DNA of 64,000 nt, taken from positions 224,001-288,000 of the forward strand of contig JAHHIM010000055.1 in NCBI GenBank assembly GCA_019358915.1. Reading direction: 5' to 3'. This document shows, in pieces, positions 1 to 9,700 of this stretch. The translations under genes and the position numbers were made by a program. The notes under the pieces were generated by a model, which was not told where the DNA came from, ran no database searches, and worked only from the letters and a program-made list of their open reading frames with translations. The stretch comes from Trichormus sp. ATA11-4-KO1 (lineage in GTDB: Bacteria > Cyanobacteriota > Cyanobacteriia > Cyanobacteriales > Nostocaceae). How positions within the stretch are numbered: the first letter of the stretch is position 1; each line of letters opens with the position of its first letter.

Positions 1-230
1 TTCCCCATCGTAGACTTTGATCCTGCTGCTACATCATCACCCATTGTAGTCATGGGTTCCCGCCAGCGTCGATTTTGAGCGGTTGCTTCTGCTGCTGGTT
101 GAGAATTTTCTTCTTGATACAGATTTTGGTAGTTACCAGCATCTGTATCGGCTTCTTCTTCGTAGTACTCGTATTCCACCTGCTCATTGAGACCTACAAA
201 GTCTCGGAGTTTGGTAAATATGTTGTTCAT
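1..230 (-). CDS. sepF: Cell division protein SepF, N-terminal part (runs off window)
   Basis: Manual translation MNNIFTKLRDFVGLNEQVEYEYYEEE...; directly downstream of pipX-pipY, the conserved cyanobacterial order. Confidence 0.9.
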   Translation of the reverse strand, partial: MNNIFTKLRDFVGLNEQVEYEYYEEEADTDAGNYQNLYQEENSQPAAEATAQNRRWREPMTTMGDDVAAGSKSTMG

Positions 231-592
231 TTTTACGCTCCTGGTAAAAGTTACCCTTATTGATTTGGCTAGTAGTTAATGTAGCCTGACTTGATAGCTA
301 CAAGAGCGGACAACTTAGTAATTTTATCGCTGTTTGTAGCCTCTATCACAGCTTGGTTTGATGAACTGACGTTTAGGGAACGCCTGTACATTAACCTAGA
401 GACAATTAATGAGTCAAGATTATAGCCTAAGTATTGTTGGAAATAAAGTTAACTTTACACCATATTTTTTTCATAGCCAGTTGATCGTAGCATCAACTTT
501 AATGTATTAAATTATACTAGTATGGTGCGAATATCTCTGTATTCTATCCCCAGCACTATTGATACTCAAGCCAAAAATTGCCGACTCACACC

Positions 593-1261
593 CTAAGTGC
601 GCTCACCAAATAAGATGGTTCCTAATCTTACCATCGTTGCACCAGCTTGCACAGCCAGTTGGTAGTCGCCTGACATCCCCATTGACAGTTCCTGCATTTT
701 AATGTGAGACCAGTTTTGTTCTTGGATTTCTTCTGCTAATTCATGCGTATTTTTAAATACATTCATAACTTCCGCATTATTTAAACCCACAGGGGGAATT
801 GTCATCAAACCCTGAATTTGTAAATTTTTACACTGATTGAGAGCGGGTAAGTCAGTTAGTAGTTCGGGGACACTCCAACCCGACTTATGAGGATCAGGGA
901 GAATTTTCACTTGGAGGCAAACATGAGGACTAACTTCTAGCTGTTGCGCTAATTGATTTAAGCGCTGTGCCAACTTCAAATTGTCTACAGAATGAATCCA
1001 ATCAAATAATTCAATGGCTTTTTTGGCTTTATTGCTTTGCAAATGTCCAATAAAGTGCCAGGTAATATCCGCTAAGTCTTGCAATTCGGCTTGTTTACTG
1101 GCAGCTTCTTGGATACGATTTTCGCCAAAATCACGAATTCCGGCGTGATATGCCGTCCGAATCACCTCAGACGGAAATGTCTTGCTAACAGCAATCAACC
1201 GTACTGAAGGCGGTAGTGAGGCACAAATAGTGGTAATACGTTCGTTAATCGAACTAGTCAT
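593..1261 (-). CDS. pipY: PLP homeostasis protein YggS/PipY
   Basis: AVSK, FGENRIQE, WHFIGHLQSNK, LSMGMSGD motifs; overlaps pipX stop by 4 nt. Confidence 0.95.
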   Translation of the reverse strand: MTSSINERITTICASLPPSVRLIAVSKTFPSEVIRTAYHAGIRDFGENRIQEAASKQAELQDLADITWHFIGHLQSNKAKKAIELFDWIHSVDNLKLAQRLNQLAQQLEVSPHVCLQVKILPDPHKSGWSVPELLTDLPALNQCKNLQIQGLMTIPPVGLNNAEVMNVFKNTHELAEEIQEQNWSHIKMQELSMGMSGDYQLAVQAGATMVRLGTILFGERT

Positions 1262-1536
1262 TGGAATGTGCGTTGGAAAACACTCTGAAGTAGATCGTAC
1301 TCCTGGGATTGACCACTGCGGCGCAGAGTACGTAAGCGATTTTCCAACAACATTCTAGCTTCAGTACGTCCTATAGACTGAAATTTGATCCCTTTGATGT
1401 CATTTGTGACCAAAAAAAATAACCGTTGGGCATAAAGTGTAGTGAATAGATCCTGGTTCTCGTCAACCATGCAGATCCTATAAAGCAAACCCCAAGTTGG
1501 ATGATTTATGTAAGTTTCTAGGTTTTCTGGGTTCAT
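1258..1536 (-). CDS. pipX: PII/NtcA-interacting protein PipX
   Basis: ETYINHPTWGLLY...LFTTLYAQRLFFLV signature, 92 aa. Confidence 0.95.
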   Translation of the reverse strand: MNPENLETYINHPTWGLLYRICMVDENQDLFTTLYAQRLFFLVTNDIKGIKFQSIGRTEARMLLENRLRTLRRSGQSQEYDLLQSVFQRTFQ

Positions 1537-1920
1537 TTAATAGTCAAGGTAGGAGTATATATCTTTTTTCGCAGTTAAGTACAAATATTCAGACGATAAT
1601 ACACCCCTTTCACCAGGTTATGAAAACCTTGATCTAGTTGCATATAGGCAGATGAAGCTAGCAGTAGCAACGTAGAACGACACAAGATAAGTAATGACGA
1701 TTTGGCCTTGATGACTTATACTCATCTGCCATTGGAAACCAGGAAAATTTCTTACCCTGATGTTTGAAGTTTCCAGTGGCAAAGGGATATACTCTTTGAA
1801 GTGCCCAAAGGCAAAAGCCAACTCTCATAACTTCTGTTTGCTCTGGCTTTTTTCCATATTGCCACAATTATCGCTTTGTGGAGCAAAATGGCTGGGGGAG
1901 AAAAATTCCCACTCAGCACT

Positions 1921-2838
1921 TTAACCTAGAACTAGTCTTGCTCCCCAAAATAAGGTTAAGATCGCGATCGCTAGCCAGTCTTTTGCTTTTAGCCGTAATT
2001 GGTGCCATTTAACTTGATGTTCATTGGGGCTAGTGAAGCCGCGCACCATCATTGCACTAGCCATTTGTTCTGCTCGTAGTAGTAGATTCTCTAATAATCT
2101 CTCTGCGACTATCATCCAAACTTTGACTGCTCCTTTCAATCCCAGTTTTTTCCAATTAATTGCCCTTGTCATTACAGAACGAATTAAATTTTGCACTTCT
2201 TCTAGGACTAGGGGGATAAATCGCAAGGACAAAGTTAAAGTCAGAGTAATTTCAGTTACGGGTATCTTAAACCTTCGCAGAGGCTGCATCAAGCTTTCAA
2301 TAGCGGTAGTGATTTCTTCGGGTGCTGTGGTGAGGAGATATAGGTTGCTGCTGTAAATTACGGTAAATATGATTGTACTCAAGCGTACTGCCAAATCTAG
2401 AGAACGGCGAGTTACTTTGACTGGCCCTTGATGAAACAAAATGTAGCTATAGTCCTTATTACCACCTGCTGACTCTGTAACAACGTTGGCATTATCTGTA
2501 TTTGCTGGCTGAGTCAAGACTTGTTCGCTCGCTGGTAGGCGCGGCTGATAACTGATCCCCAACCCATCTGGACTGATAGATGCAATAATTAATACAAAAA
2601 ATGACAAAGTTAACAGCCAGCCCATTTGCTGCTGCCACACTCTCCGAGGAATTCTGGCTATTAAAGTAAAAATAATTAATAATACTACCAGCAGTATCCG
2701 CCATTCATTATTAGCAAAAGTGTAGCTAGTTAAAAAGCTCATCAACCAGGCAATCTTGACTCGTGGATCGAGTTTGTGTAGCCAAGTTTGCGGCTGTTCT
2801 AGGTAGAGTCCAAGTGGTAGCGATCGCAATAAGTCCAT
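1921..2838 (-). CDS. ECF transporter transmembrane T component (CbiQ family)
   Basis: WLHKLDPRVK, LSLRFIPLVLEE, AMMVRGF motifs. Confidence 0.9.
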   Translation of the reverse strand: MDLLRSLPLGLYLEQPQTWLHKLDPRVKIAWLMSFLTSYTFANNEWRILLVVLLIIFTLIARIPRRVWQQQMGWLLTLSFFVLIIASISPDGLGISYQPRLPASEQVLTQPANTDNANVVTESAGGNKDYSYILFHQGPVKVTRRSLDLAVRLSTIIFTVIYSSNLYLLTTAPEEITTAIESLMQPLRRFKIPVTEITLTLTLSLRFIPLVLEEVQNLIRSVMTRAINWKKLGLKGAVKVWMIVAERLLENLLLRAEQMASAMMVRGFTSPNEHQVKWHQLRLKAKDWLAIAILTLFWGARLVLG

Positions 2839-2966
2839 GTCTGAGTGCTGCGTGGTAGAAAGTCAGGGCTTTGTCTTAACTATTTTACGAATAAAAAGAT
2901 CCCCGACTTCTTAAAGGATGCATCTAGTGCATAGGGGGTCTGACCCCTAATAAGTTGGAGAGGAGG

Positions 2967-3039
2967 AAGTAATACCAATTCAAAATGAAGAAAGCCAGAT
3001 TTTACAAGGGTTTTTAGTTTTGGTGAAATGGTATTACTT
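2967..3039. mobile_element. Small MITE-like element with 16-bp terminal inverted repeats
   Basis: AAGTAATACCAATTCA (2967) ... TGAAATGGTATTACTT (3039), 1 mismatch. Confidence 0.55.
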
Positions 3040-3045
3040 GTGGGG

Positions 3046-3090
3046 TAAGGACTTTAGTGCTGAGAAAAGCAGGACTAAAGTCCTGACTAC
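3046..3090. repeat. Palindromic dispersed repeat (AGGACTTTAGT...ACTAAAGTCCT), possible terminator
   Basis: Related copies at 18657-18682 (GTAGTGAGGACTTTAGTCCTCACTAC) and ~47452-47469; all lie just 3' of genes. Confidence 0.6.
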
Positions 3091-3093
3091 AAG

Positions 3094-4437
3094 CTAGAAG
3101 TTCTTCTCGACTAAACTTTTTGAATACTCCACAATTGTTTCCACTAATTCAAAATTCAATAAGCCTCCCACGTAGAAGGTTTTGCGTTGACCTTGCATGG
3201 CTTCTAGGCGATCGTAAAATCCCGCCTGCATGGCCTCTGAGGTAACGTGAGGAAAGTAAGGCCACTCATCATAGGTGTAGTAACCATCATCTACCTGCGC
3301 TCCCAAATTCTCTACTGTCTTTTGAATCCCTTGAAGAACATCTGTTTTAGTGATTTTTCCCTGGCTGTCTAGGCGAGTGTAGAAAGCAATCAGGTCATTT
3401 TCAGCAAACTGTTGAGCAATAAACCAGGGATTCCCCACCGCATTTACGGGAATGACATTAGTTACTGGGGTTGGCATTTGCAAATCAGGAATTAGATACG
3501 TAATCAAACTGTAGGGATTGAGAATGATTTGCTCAAATAGGTCTTTCTCTGCTGGCGACAAATCGAGAAAGGTGTTGAGGACATCCAGCGTCAATGGACA
3601 AGCTAAAACCAGATAGTCAAATTCTAAAACTTCTTCATGGGTAACAATCTGGTCAAGAATCTGCTCTTGCTCAGTGAACCGCACTCGCGTAATTGCCCCA
3701 CGCTTAATTTCCTTGATGTCAATATTCAAGCGCACATTTAGCCCCCAAGCAACACGCTCCCAGAAGCGTTGGAAACCATCAGTAAATCGTTTAGGCCAAC
3801 CGCAGCGCAGACCTGCACCGTAAGTAACTAAAGTCCCAAAGGTTTCTAGAGTCATGTATTTGAGGGCATAGGCGGTGGGAATTTCATTTAAGTAGCCATA
3901 GCCCATTGTGGTAATGGGAATTTCCAACAGAGTTTCTAGACATGACAAATCTTTCTGTGCTAACCACTGGGAAAAAGGTTGCGTGAGTTCGGGATGTTGA
4001 CTGATACCAGCAAATCCAGGAACAGAAATAATTGGCTCTAGCCAAAGACGCTCCCACCAAAAGCGCCCAACGGCTGCCAAAAATGTTGCTGGGTCAGTTC
4101 CCTCAGTAACAGCATTCATAATTGAGGTGTAGGCAGGTTGTCCCGGTTGAGATTTAAAAGGATTGTAGACTTGGCCTGGCCCTTCGCTGTAAAGTGAAGC
4201 GCCGACTTCTTCGGCCATTTTCAAAACTTCTTTGTAGGCAGGGGTGAGATAATTTGCACCTAAGTCAAAGGAACGGGAATTGTAGGTAATAGAACAGCAC
4301 AATCCCCCTACCCGGCCAGCTTTTTCTAACACAACTACATTGCGGTAGCCTTGCTTTTTCAAAAAGTAAGCCGTAGATAAACCGGCTGCTCCCGCCCCGA
4401 CAATACAAATTCGTGCATCTTGAGGTAGTTTAGTCAT
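3094..4437 (-). CDS. FAD-dependent oxidoreductase, PUFA-isomerase (PAI)-like
   Basis: GAGAAG Rossmann, LEK..VGG, DLGA; GYGYLNEIPTAYALKY and WPYFPHV..GFYDRLEAMQGQRKTFY resemble recalled PAI motifs. Confidence 0.8.
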   Translation of the reverse strand: MTKLPQDARICIVGAGAAGLSTAYFLKKQGYRNVVVLEKAGRVGGLCCSITYNSRSFDLGANYLTPAYKEVLKMAEEVGASLYSEGPGQVYNPFKSQPGQPAYTSIMNAVTEGTDPATFLAAVGRFWWERLWLEPIISVPGFAGISQHPELTQPFSQWLAQKDLSCLETLLEIPITTMGYGYLNEIPTAYALKYMTLETFGTLVTYGAGLRCGWPKRFTDGFQRFWERVAWGLNVRLNIDIKEIKRGAITRVRFTEQEQILDQIVTHEEVLEFDYLVLACPLTLDVLNTFLDLSPAEKDLFEQIILNPYSLITYLIPDLQMPTPVTNVIPVNAVGNPWFIAQQFAENDLIAFYTRLDSQGKITKTDVLQGIQKTVENLGAQVDDGYYTYDEWPYFPHVTSEAMQAGFYDRLEAMQGQRKTFYVGGLLNFELVETIVEYSKSLVEKNF

Positions 4438-4499
4438 ACACTGTTGATTTTTAGATAGTAATGTGGATTGGTTGGAAAGTACTGCGATCGCAACGTCTT

Positions 4500-6521
4500 C
4501 TACTGAAAATGCGGATAAACTGCTTCTGTGAATAATTGCTGAATGGCTGGCTGGTTAAGTAGCAATTCATAGTCTTGTTGGACGGGAATATCGTAACTAG
4601 CAGTGCGAGGAGCGATCGCAGATAACCAAGCAGTATGCATTGTGAAGCCAAAATTTAGTTGTGGATGGCTCAACTTGCATATAGGGCCAGCCCCTAATTG
4701 ATCAGCCTGAAAGATCCAAATTTCGTTGTTATTTCCCCCAAATACCGTACAGACGATATAGCCATCTGTGGAACTACCATTACCGTTTAATCTCGGTACA
4801 AACTGGGGTGAACTGATGAAGTGACCGGGGGGTGCATCATAAAAATCTGCCACTTCCATTTTGGTTGTATCTAACCGGAACAAAGAAGAAGGGCGATTGT
4901 GGAATGCTTCTTGTCGTTGCAGTAATTCTTTTAGTGGTACAGCCCGGTAGGGATAGTCTTGGTATAAGTTGTAAATAAACTCAGTCAGCAGTTCTGGCCA
5001 AAAACCGAGAGATTGCCAATAAATATTATCGATTCGCTTGGGAGGCAATCCAGAGGCCAGCTTTTCCTGGTAAGCATAGAACCCTATACCCCAATGACGG
5101 CGAGCATCATAAATGACTTTGGCATCTAGGACTTGTCCTGTCTCGCCGTCTATTTGATAGCGACCTAGACGACCTACATCCATTTGCCCATTAGCCAGCA
5201 TTCCTCCCAACCACAGAGGCGCAGATTTGGGAGCGTCGAATTTTGAGATGTCATACTTGCGAACCCATTCGGCGATATCTGTGGCGCAGAGATGGGCTGC
5301 GTGCATTGTGATTTGACCGTCGGGGTTTTCGTAATTTGTCAAAAAATGTACTGTTTCTAAAGGAATTAAGGATGGGCGGACTACCACAGTATCTACATCT
5401 GCCTTGAGGTCAGCCCGACGCACGATGTAAATGGGGGAATTGGGTTGCTGCGATCGCGTCAGTAATAGCCGCAGGAGGCGCTCAGTTTCTAAACTATCGG
5501 GAACTGGGTTATTGAGGATTTGTTCTGGGCCAATCTTTAGGGAAGTGTCCATCAACACCACGTAATCTTGGGTAACAGCCAACTGATGGATACTTTGTTC
5601 AATTCGCACCGGGGAACCATCCGGTAGCATTAACTGCCAGCGCTGGAGTTTACCTACACCATCCCACTGCACCAGATAAACAAAATCTGGCATGGCAGTT
5701 CCTAACCAATGCTCAATCCAGCTAATCAACGGTTGCCAGAAACTTTGAGCCAACTTCGAGAACATTTTCAAGGGAATCTGCCAGGGATTGTGCTCTAAAA
5801 GTTGAGCGATCGCCCTTAGCAGTTGCTCTAGTTCCTGGGGCAATTGTTCTAGGTCATAAATGAAACGCGCACTTTCGAGAAAATTACCTAGCGATCGCCC
5901 ATAGTTAACTAAGAACACCTCGTTGGTATAACCATCAAAGGTCGGGTGAGATGTACTCAACACCGGGGGGAAAGGATAGGAAAAAGGTAGAAAGGCTTTC
6001 CACTCGGTGTTGGCTCCTACTGGGGTCACTACCTCTAGGCTATTAGTATCAATTTCGTAGGGACGGCCTGCATCATAGGTAATCATTAATCGCTCTTGGC
6101 TGTTTATAGCCGTATTAAAGGCGAGAAAGGCAATATCTACCTCATCTCGCAAGCCCAAGGAAGGGGAAAAACGCAGTAAACCATGATCACGAAATTGATG
6201 AGAGCGATAAGCAAGATTTTTAAAAGTTGCCTGATCTGCATAGTAGCAAGGTGTACGTGCCAGTTTCGTCTTGACAGTAACCTGTCCGGCTTGCCAGTCC
6301 AAGCGGTAAATCATCCCATCACCGTTAAAAATGTGGGTTCCATTGGGATTGGGTAAGCCCCCAGAAGCGACAGTGCCTACAGGTGCAATGATGAACATAT
6401 GCCCAGACAAATCTGTCGGTACATGCCCATAGACCATATTCAGTGGTAAATTCGATAGTTCCTCACGACTGGCAGTCATTGCTGCCTCTGGAAATCGGGG
6501 TTCGGAAATTTCGCGATTCAT
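4500..6521 (-). CDS. Carotenoid oxygenase (RPE65/CCD) family dioxygenase
   Basis: FNGDGMI, DAGRPYEID and four Fe-His (SHP, SIHQL, TVHFL, TMHTAW); ATG 6521 preferred over GTG 6575. Confidence 0.88.
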   Translation of the reverse strand: MNREISEPRFPEAAMTASREELSNLPLNMVYGHVPTDLSGHMFIIAPVGTVASGGLPNPNGTHIFNGDGMIYRLDWQAGQVTVKTKLARTPCYYADQATFKNLAYRSHQFRDHGLLRFSPSLGLRDEVDIAFLAFNTAINSQERLMITYDAGRPYEIDTNSLEVVTPVGANTEWKAFLPFSYPFPPVLSTSHPTFDGYTNEVFLVNYGRSLGNFLESARFIYDLEQLPQELEQLLRAIAQLLEHNPWQIPLKMFSKLAQSFWQPLISWIEHWLGTAMPDFVYLVQWDGVGKLQRWQLMLPDGSPVRIEQSIHQLAVTQDYVVLMDTSLKIGPEQILNNPVPDSLETERLLRLLLTRSQQPNSPIYIVRRADLKADVDTVVVRPSLIPLETVHFLTNYENPDGQITMHAAHLCATDIAEWVRKYDISKFDAPKSAPLWLGGMLANGQMDVGRLGRYQIDGETGQVLDAKVIYDARRHWGIGFYAYQEKLASGLPPKRIDNIYWQSLGFWPELLTEFIYNLYQDYPYRAVPLKELLQRQEAFHNRPSSLFRLDTTKMEVADFYDAPPGHFISSPQFVPRLNGNGSSTDGYIVCTVFGGNNNEIWIFQADQLGAGPICKLSHPQLNFGFTMHTAWLSAIAPRTASYDIPVQQDYELLLNQPAIQQLFTEAVYPHFQ

Positions 6522-6738
6522 TATTGATACCCTGGCATTGCAAGCTGATTTGATGTTTTGCCTCAGGTATAACACTAGGTTTTAATTGAGAAGTTGATTT
6601 TTTGCCCTCAAATGCCCAAATATCAACTTTTTCAGGATTTTTAACTATGTAATGTATTCTTCTTGGTGTCTTAGTGCCTTAGTGGTAAAAAATAACTTTC
6701 GCACCACAACGGCACAAAGACACAAAGGTGGAAATCCC

Positions 6739-9700
6739 TTACAACTTAACTGTCTCGGTGAAAATTGCTGCTATTTCTTGCCCTGACTGACAACGGTCAA
6801 GATACATCTGCGCGACTTGATCCCACGGGTTTTGCTGCAAGCACTCTTGAAAACACTCGGCTGCGGTGGCGAATTCTTGTTGTTCGTAAAACGCTAATGC
6901 TGATGCAAATAACTCTAAGGTGGCTGTTTTACCTGCAATAATGTGGGGAAGATCGGCTGCAAATACTTCATGAACAGTTACAGCATTCGTCTTACCCTTC
7001 ACCTTCACCTGACCGACTACACGAATACCATAGCGATCGCGATTTTGTAAGCGCTCAAAAGTTTGGTCGGTAATTAGGAGTGGGGTGTTGAATGTTTTAG
7101 TTAATCCTTCGATGCGTGCTGCTAAATTGACCGCATCACTAATCACTGTGCTATCCATGCGATTCAACCCGCCAACTGTTCCTAAAATTAGCGAACCAGT
7201 ATTAATGCCAATGCCAATTTGAATTGGTAAGTAGCCCCTGGCTTGGCGTTCTTCATTGTAGGTTGCTAAGGTTTGCAACATGGCAATTCCCGCTTGTACC
7301 GCATCATCGGCATCTCCGGCAAACAATGCCATGATGGCATCACCAATATATTTGTCGATAAAGCCATTGTTTTCGATAATTATCGGCTCCATGCGACTGA
7401 GATAGGCGTTAATAAATCGGAAGTTTTCGGCGGGGGTCATGCTTTCTGAAAGGGTGGTAAAGGCGCGAATATCGGTAAATAAAACTGACATTTCCCGTTG
7501 CACCTGATCGCCTAATTGCACATCTATAATGCTTTGTTTATTGAGAAATTGCAGAAATTGGCGAGGGACAAAGCGCTCATAAGCTTTGTTAAGTGCGGCT
7601 ACATCTGTGTATAAACGGGCATTTTCAATGGAAATTGCTGCTTGTGCTGAAAGTAGGTTGAGCAACTCCAAGCGATCAGGGGTAAATGCTCCTGTTGTCA
7701 AGTTATTTTCTAAATACAAAATTCCGGCTAACTTTCCTTGGTTAATTAAGGGAGTACACAGAATTGATCGCGGTTGGTATTGGCGAATGTAGGGATCTTT
7801 GATAAATTCCCCAATTCCTACTGCTTCGTGGATGGCATCGTTGAGGACTACATTGGTTTTAGTGCGAATCACATAGTTAATAATCGCTCTCGAAAGGATT
7901 TGGTTATCTTCAATACTGAGTGATTCCAACACCTGAATAGTATTTTCACCAACAGTTCCCTGAGCTTCAATCAGAAATTTACCTTTGGTTGACAACAGCA
8001 AAAATCCCCGTTGCGCCCCGGCATTTTCCATTAAAATTCGCATTAAGTTAGAGAGAAGTTTATCTAGCTGAATTTCTTCGGAAAGGGTCTGAGAAGCTTT
8101 AATGACTGTCACCAAATCTAATGATTCTGAATGACTACTACTCGTGATGCTGGTCTGGTTAGAACTAGTGGTTGATAAAGTTGATTTAACAGCTTTGTCT
8201 GGATTGCGCGTTAAAATTTCGGGATACTTGGCTTCTAAATCTTTAACTTTGGCGATCGCGCCCCACTGTAAATAAAGATAGCGGGCTTCTTGCAGATAAA
8301 CTTGGGCAATCTTGAATTTGTTTTCAGCCAAGTAAAATTTGGCAGTTAATTCATTGGCTAGAGCCGCTTCATTAAGATATTGGTTTTTTTGAGCTAAGGC
8401 AATGGCTTGATCGTAACAGGCGATCGCTTGACTAGATTTTCCCTGTACCCGATGCCATTCTGCTTCTACCAGCGCTAATTTATGGGTATAGTTGACAGGA
8501 GAAAATTTCGCCCATACTTGCAATTTTTTCTGGTTAGCTGCTACTCGCTGGAGTAGTTTTTGCCGTTCTGCTGCACTGACAACTGAGGCTAAAGCTAGTC
8601 GTCCTAAAGAGTCATAAAAGTAGAACCATCCCACAATATATAAAGCCACAACTGCATCTAAATAAGGAATTGCTAAATCAGCATTCTTGACAGCTGTAGC
8701 ATAATCTTCAAACCAATAATTGAGTGTGAGGTAATGAGTATAAACATAAAAAATAGCTGTGCGATAATTACTCTCGATATGCTGGGGTAACATAACGGTG
8801 GCATCATAAAATTCTCCCACCAATTGACAAGGATTAGCATTTTTTCCTTGTAAATTTGCAACTGCTTGGCGATAAAGTTGAATGAGCACAAAAATCGGTT
8901 TTTTCTTAAACTGCTGAATTGCCTCTCCGTAAATAGCTACACATTCATCCAATTCAGCCAGATTTTGACCAGAAAAATAGGAATGCATAGAGCAGACATT
9001 GGCAGCAAATGCAGCATACTCAGTATCGCCTGTATCCCGCCCAACTTGAAATGCTGCTTGCAGTGAAGGAATCGTATTTTGCAGTGGTTCTTGCCAGTGG
9101 CGGACAAAGGAATTAACTACAAATAAAGTTCTCGCTTGCAGGTGTTTGGCATTAAAACGGTCTAGCAGTTTCAAAGCTAATTCACCAAATTTATATCCCC
9201 CTTGCAAATCCCCAACAACGCCACAGAGAATCAAGCCATAAGTAGCGTAGGCAAAGGCTGATTCCGCCGCATTGCCGTATTTAGCGGATAGTTCTACCTG
9301 TTTAAAAACGGTCAAAGGAAAAACATTCGGGGCTGCTAGGTAGGTGGCCGAGGCGATACTAGCCAGGATGCGAATTGCCGCTAATTTCGTGGGATTGCTG
9401 AGTTCTGGCAATTCAACTAAGGTGTGTACCTGCTTACCTACCAAAGCCAGTTTAGTTTTTAACAATCCCAGCATAATTTGTGGTTGACCGGGGTTGTTAG
9501 CTAAGGGAATGCCCAGCAGTTGCATTACTTGCAGACCGAGTTGAGAAGCTGCCAACAGTTGATCGCGGGCGATCGCCGCTTGGATTTTGATGGCATAAAC
9601 CTGCACCTGATCGATTGTGCTGCGGGTCTTTTGCAGTACTTCTTCTGTGAGTGCATCCATGCGCTCAAAGTCTCCACCCAGATAAGCAGCTTCGGCGGCG

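Noticed and set aside
1618..1867. Short ORFs upstream of pipX
   Set aside because: No motifs, weak starts, mutually overlapping; more likely promoter/leader DNA
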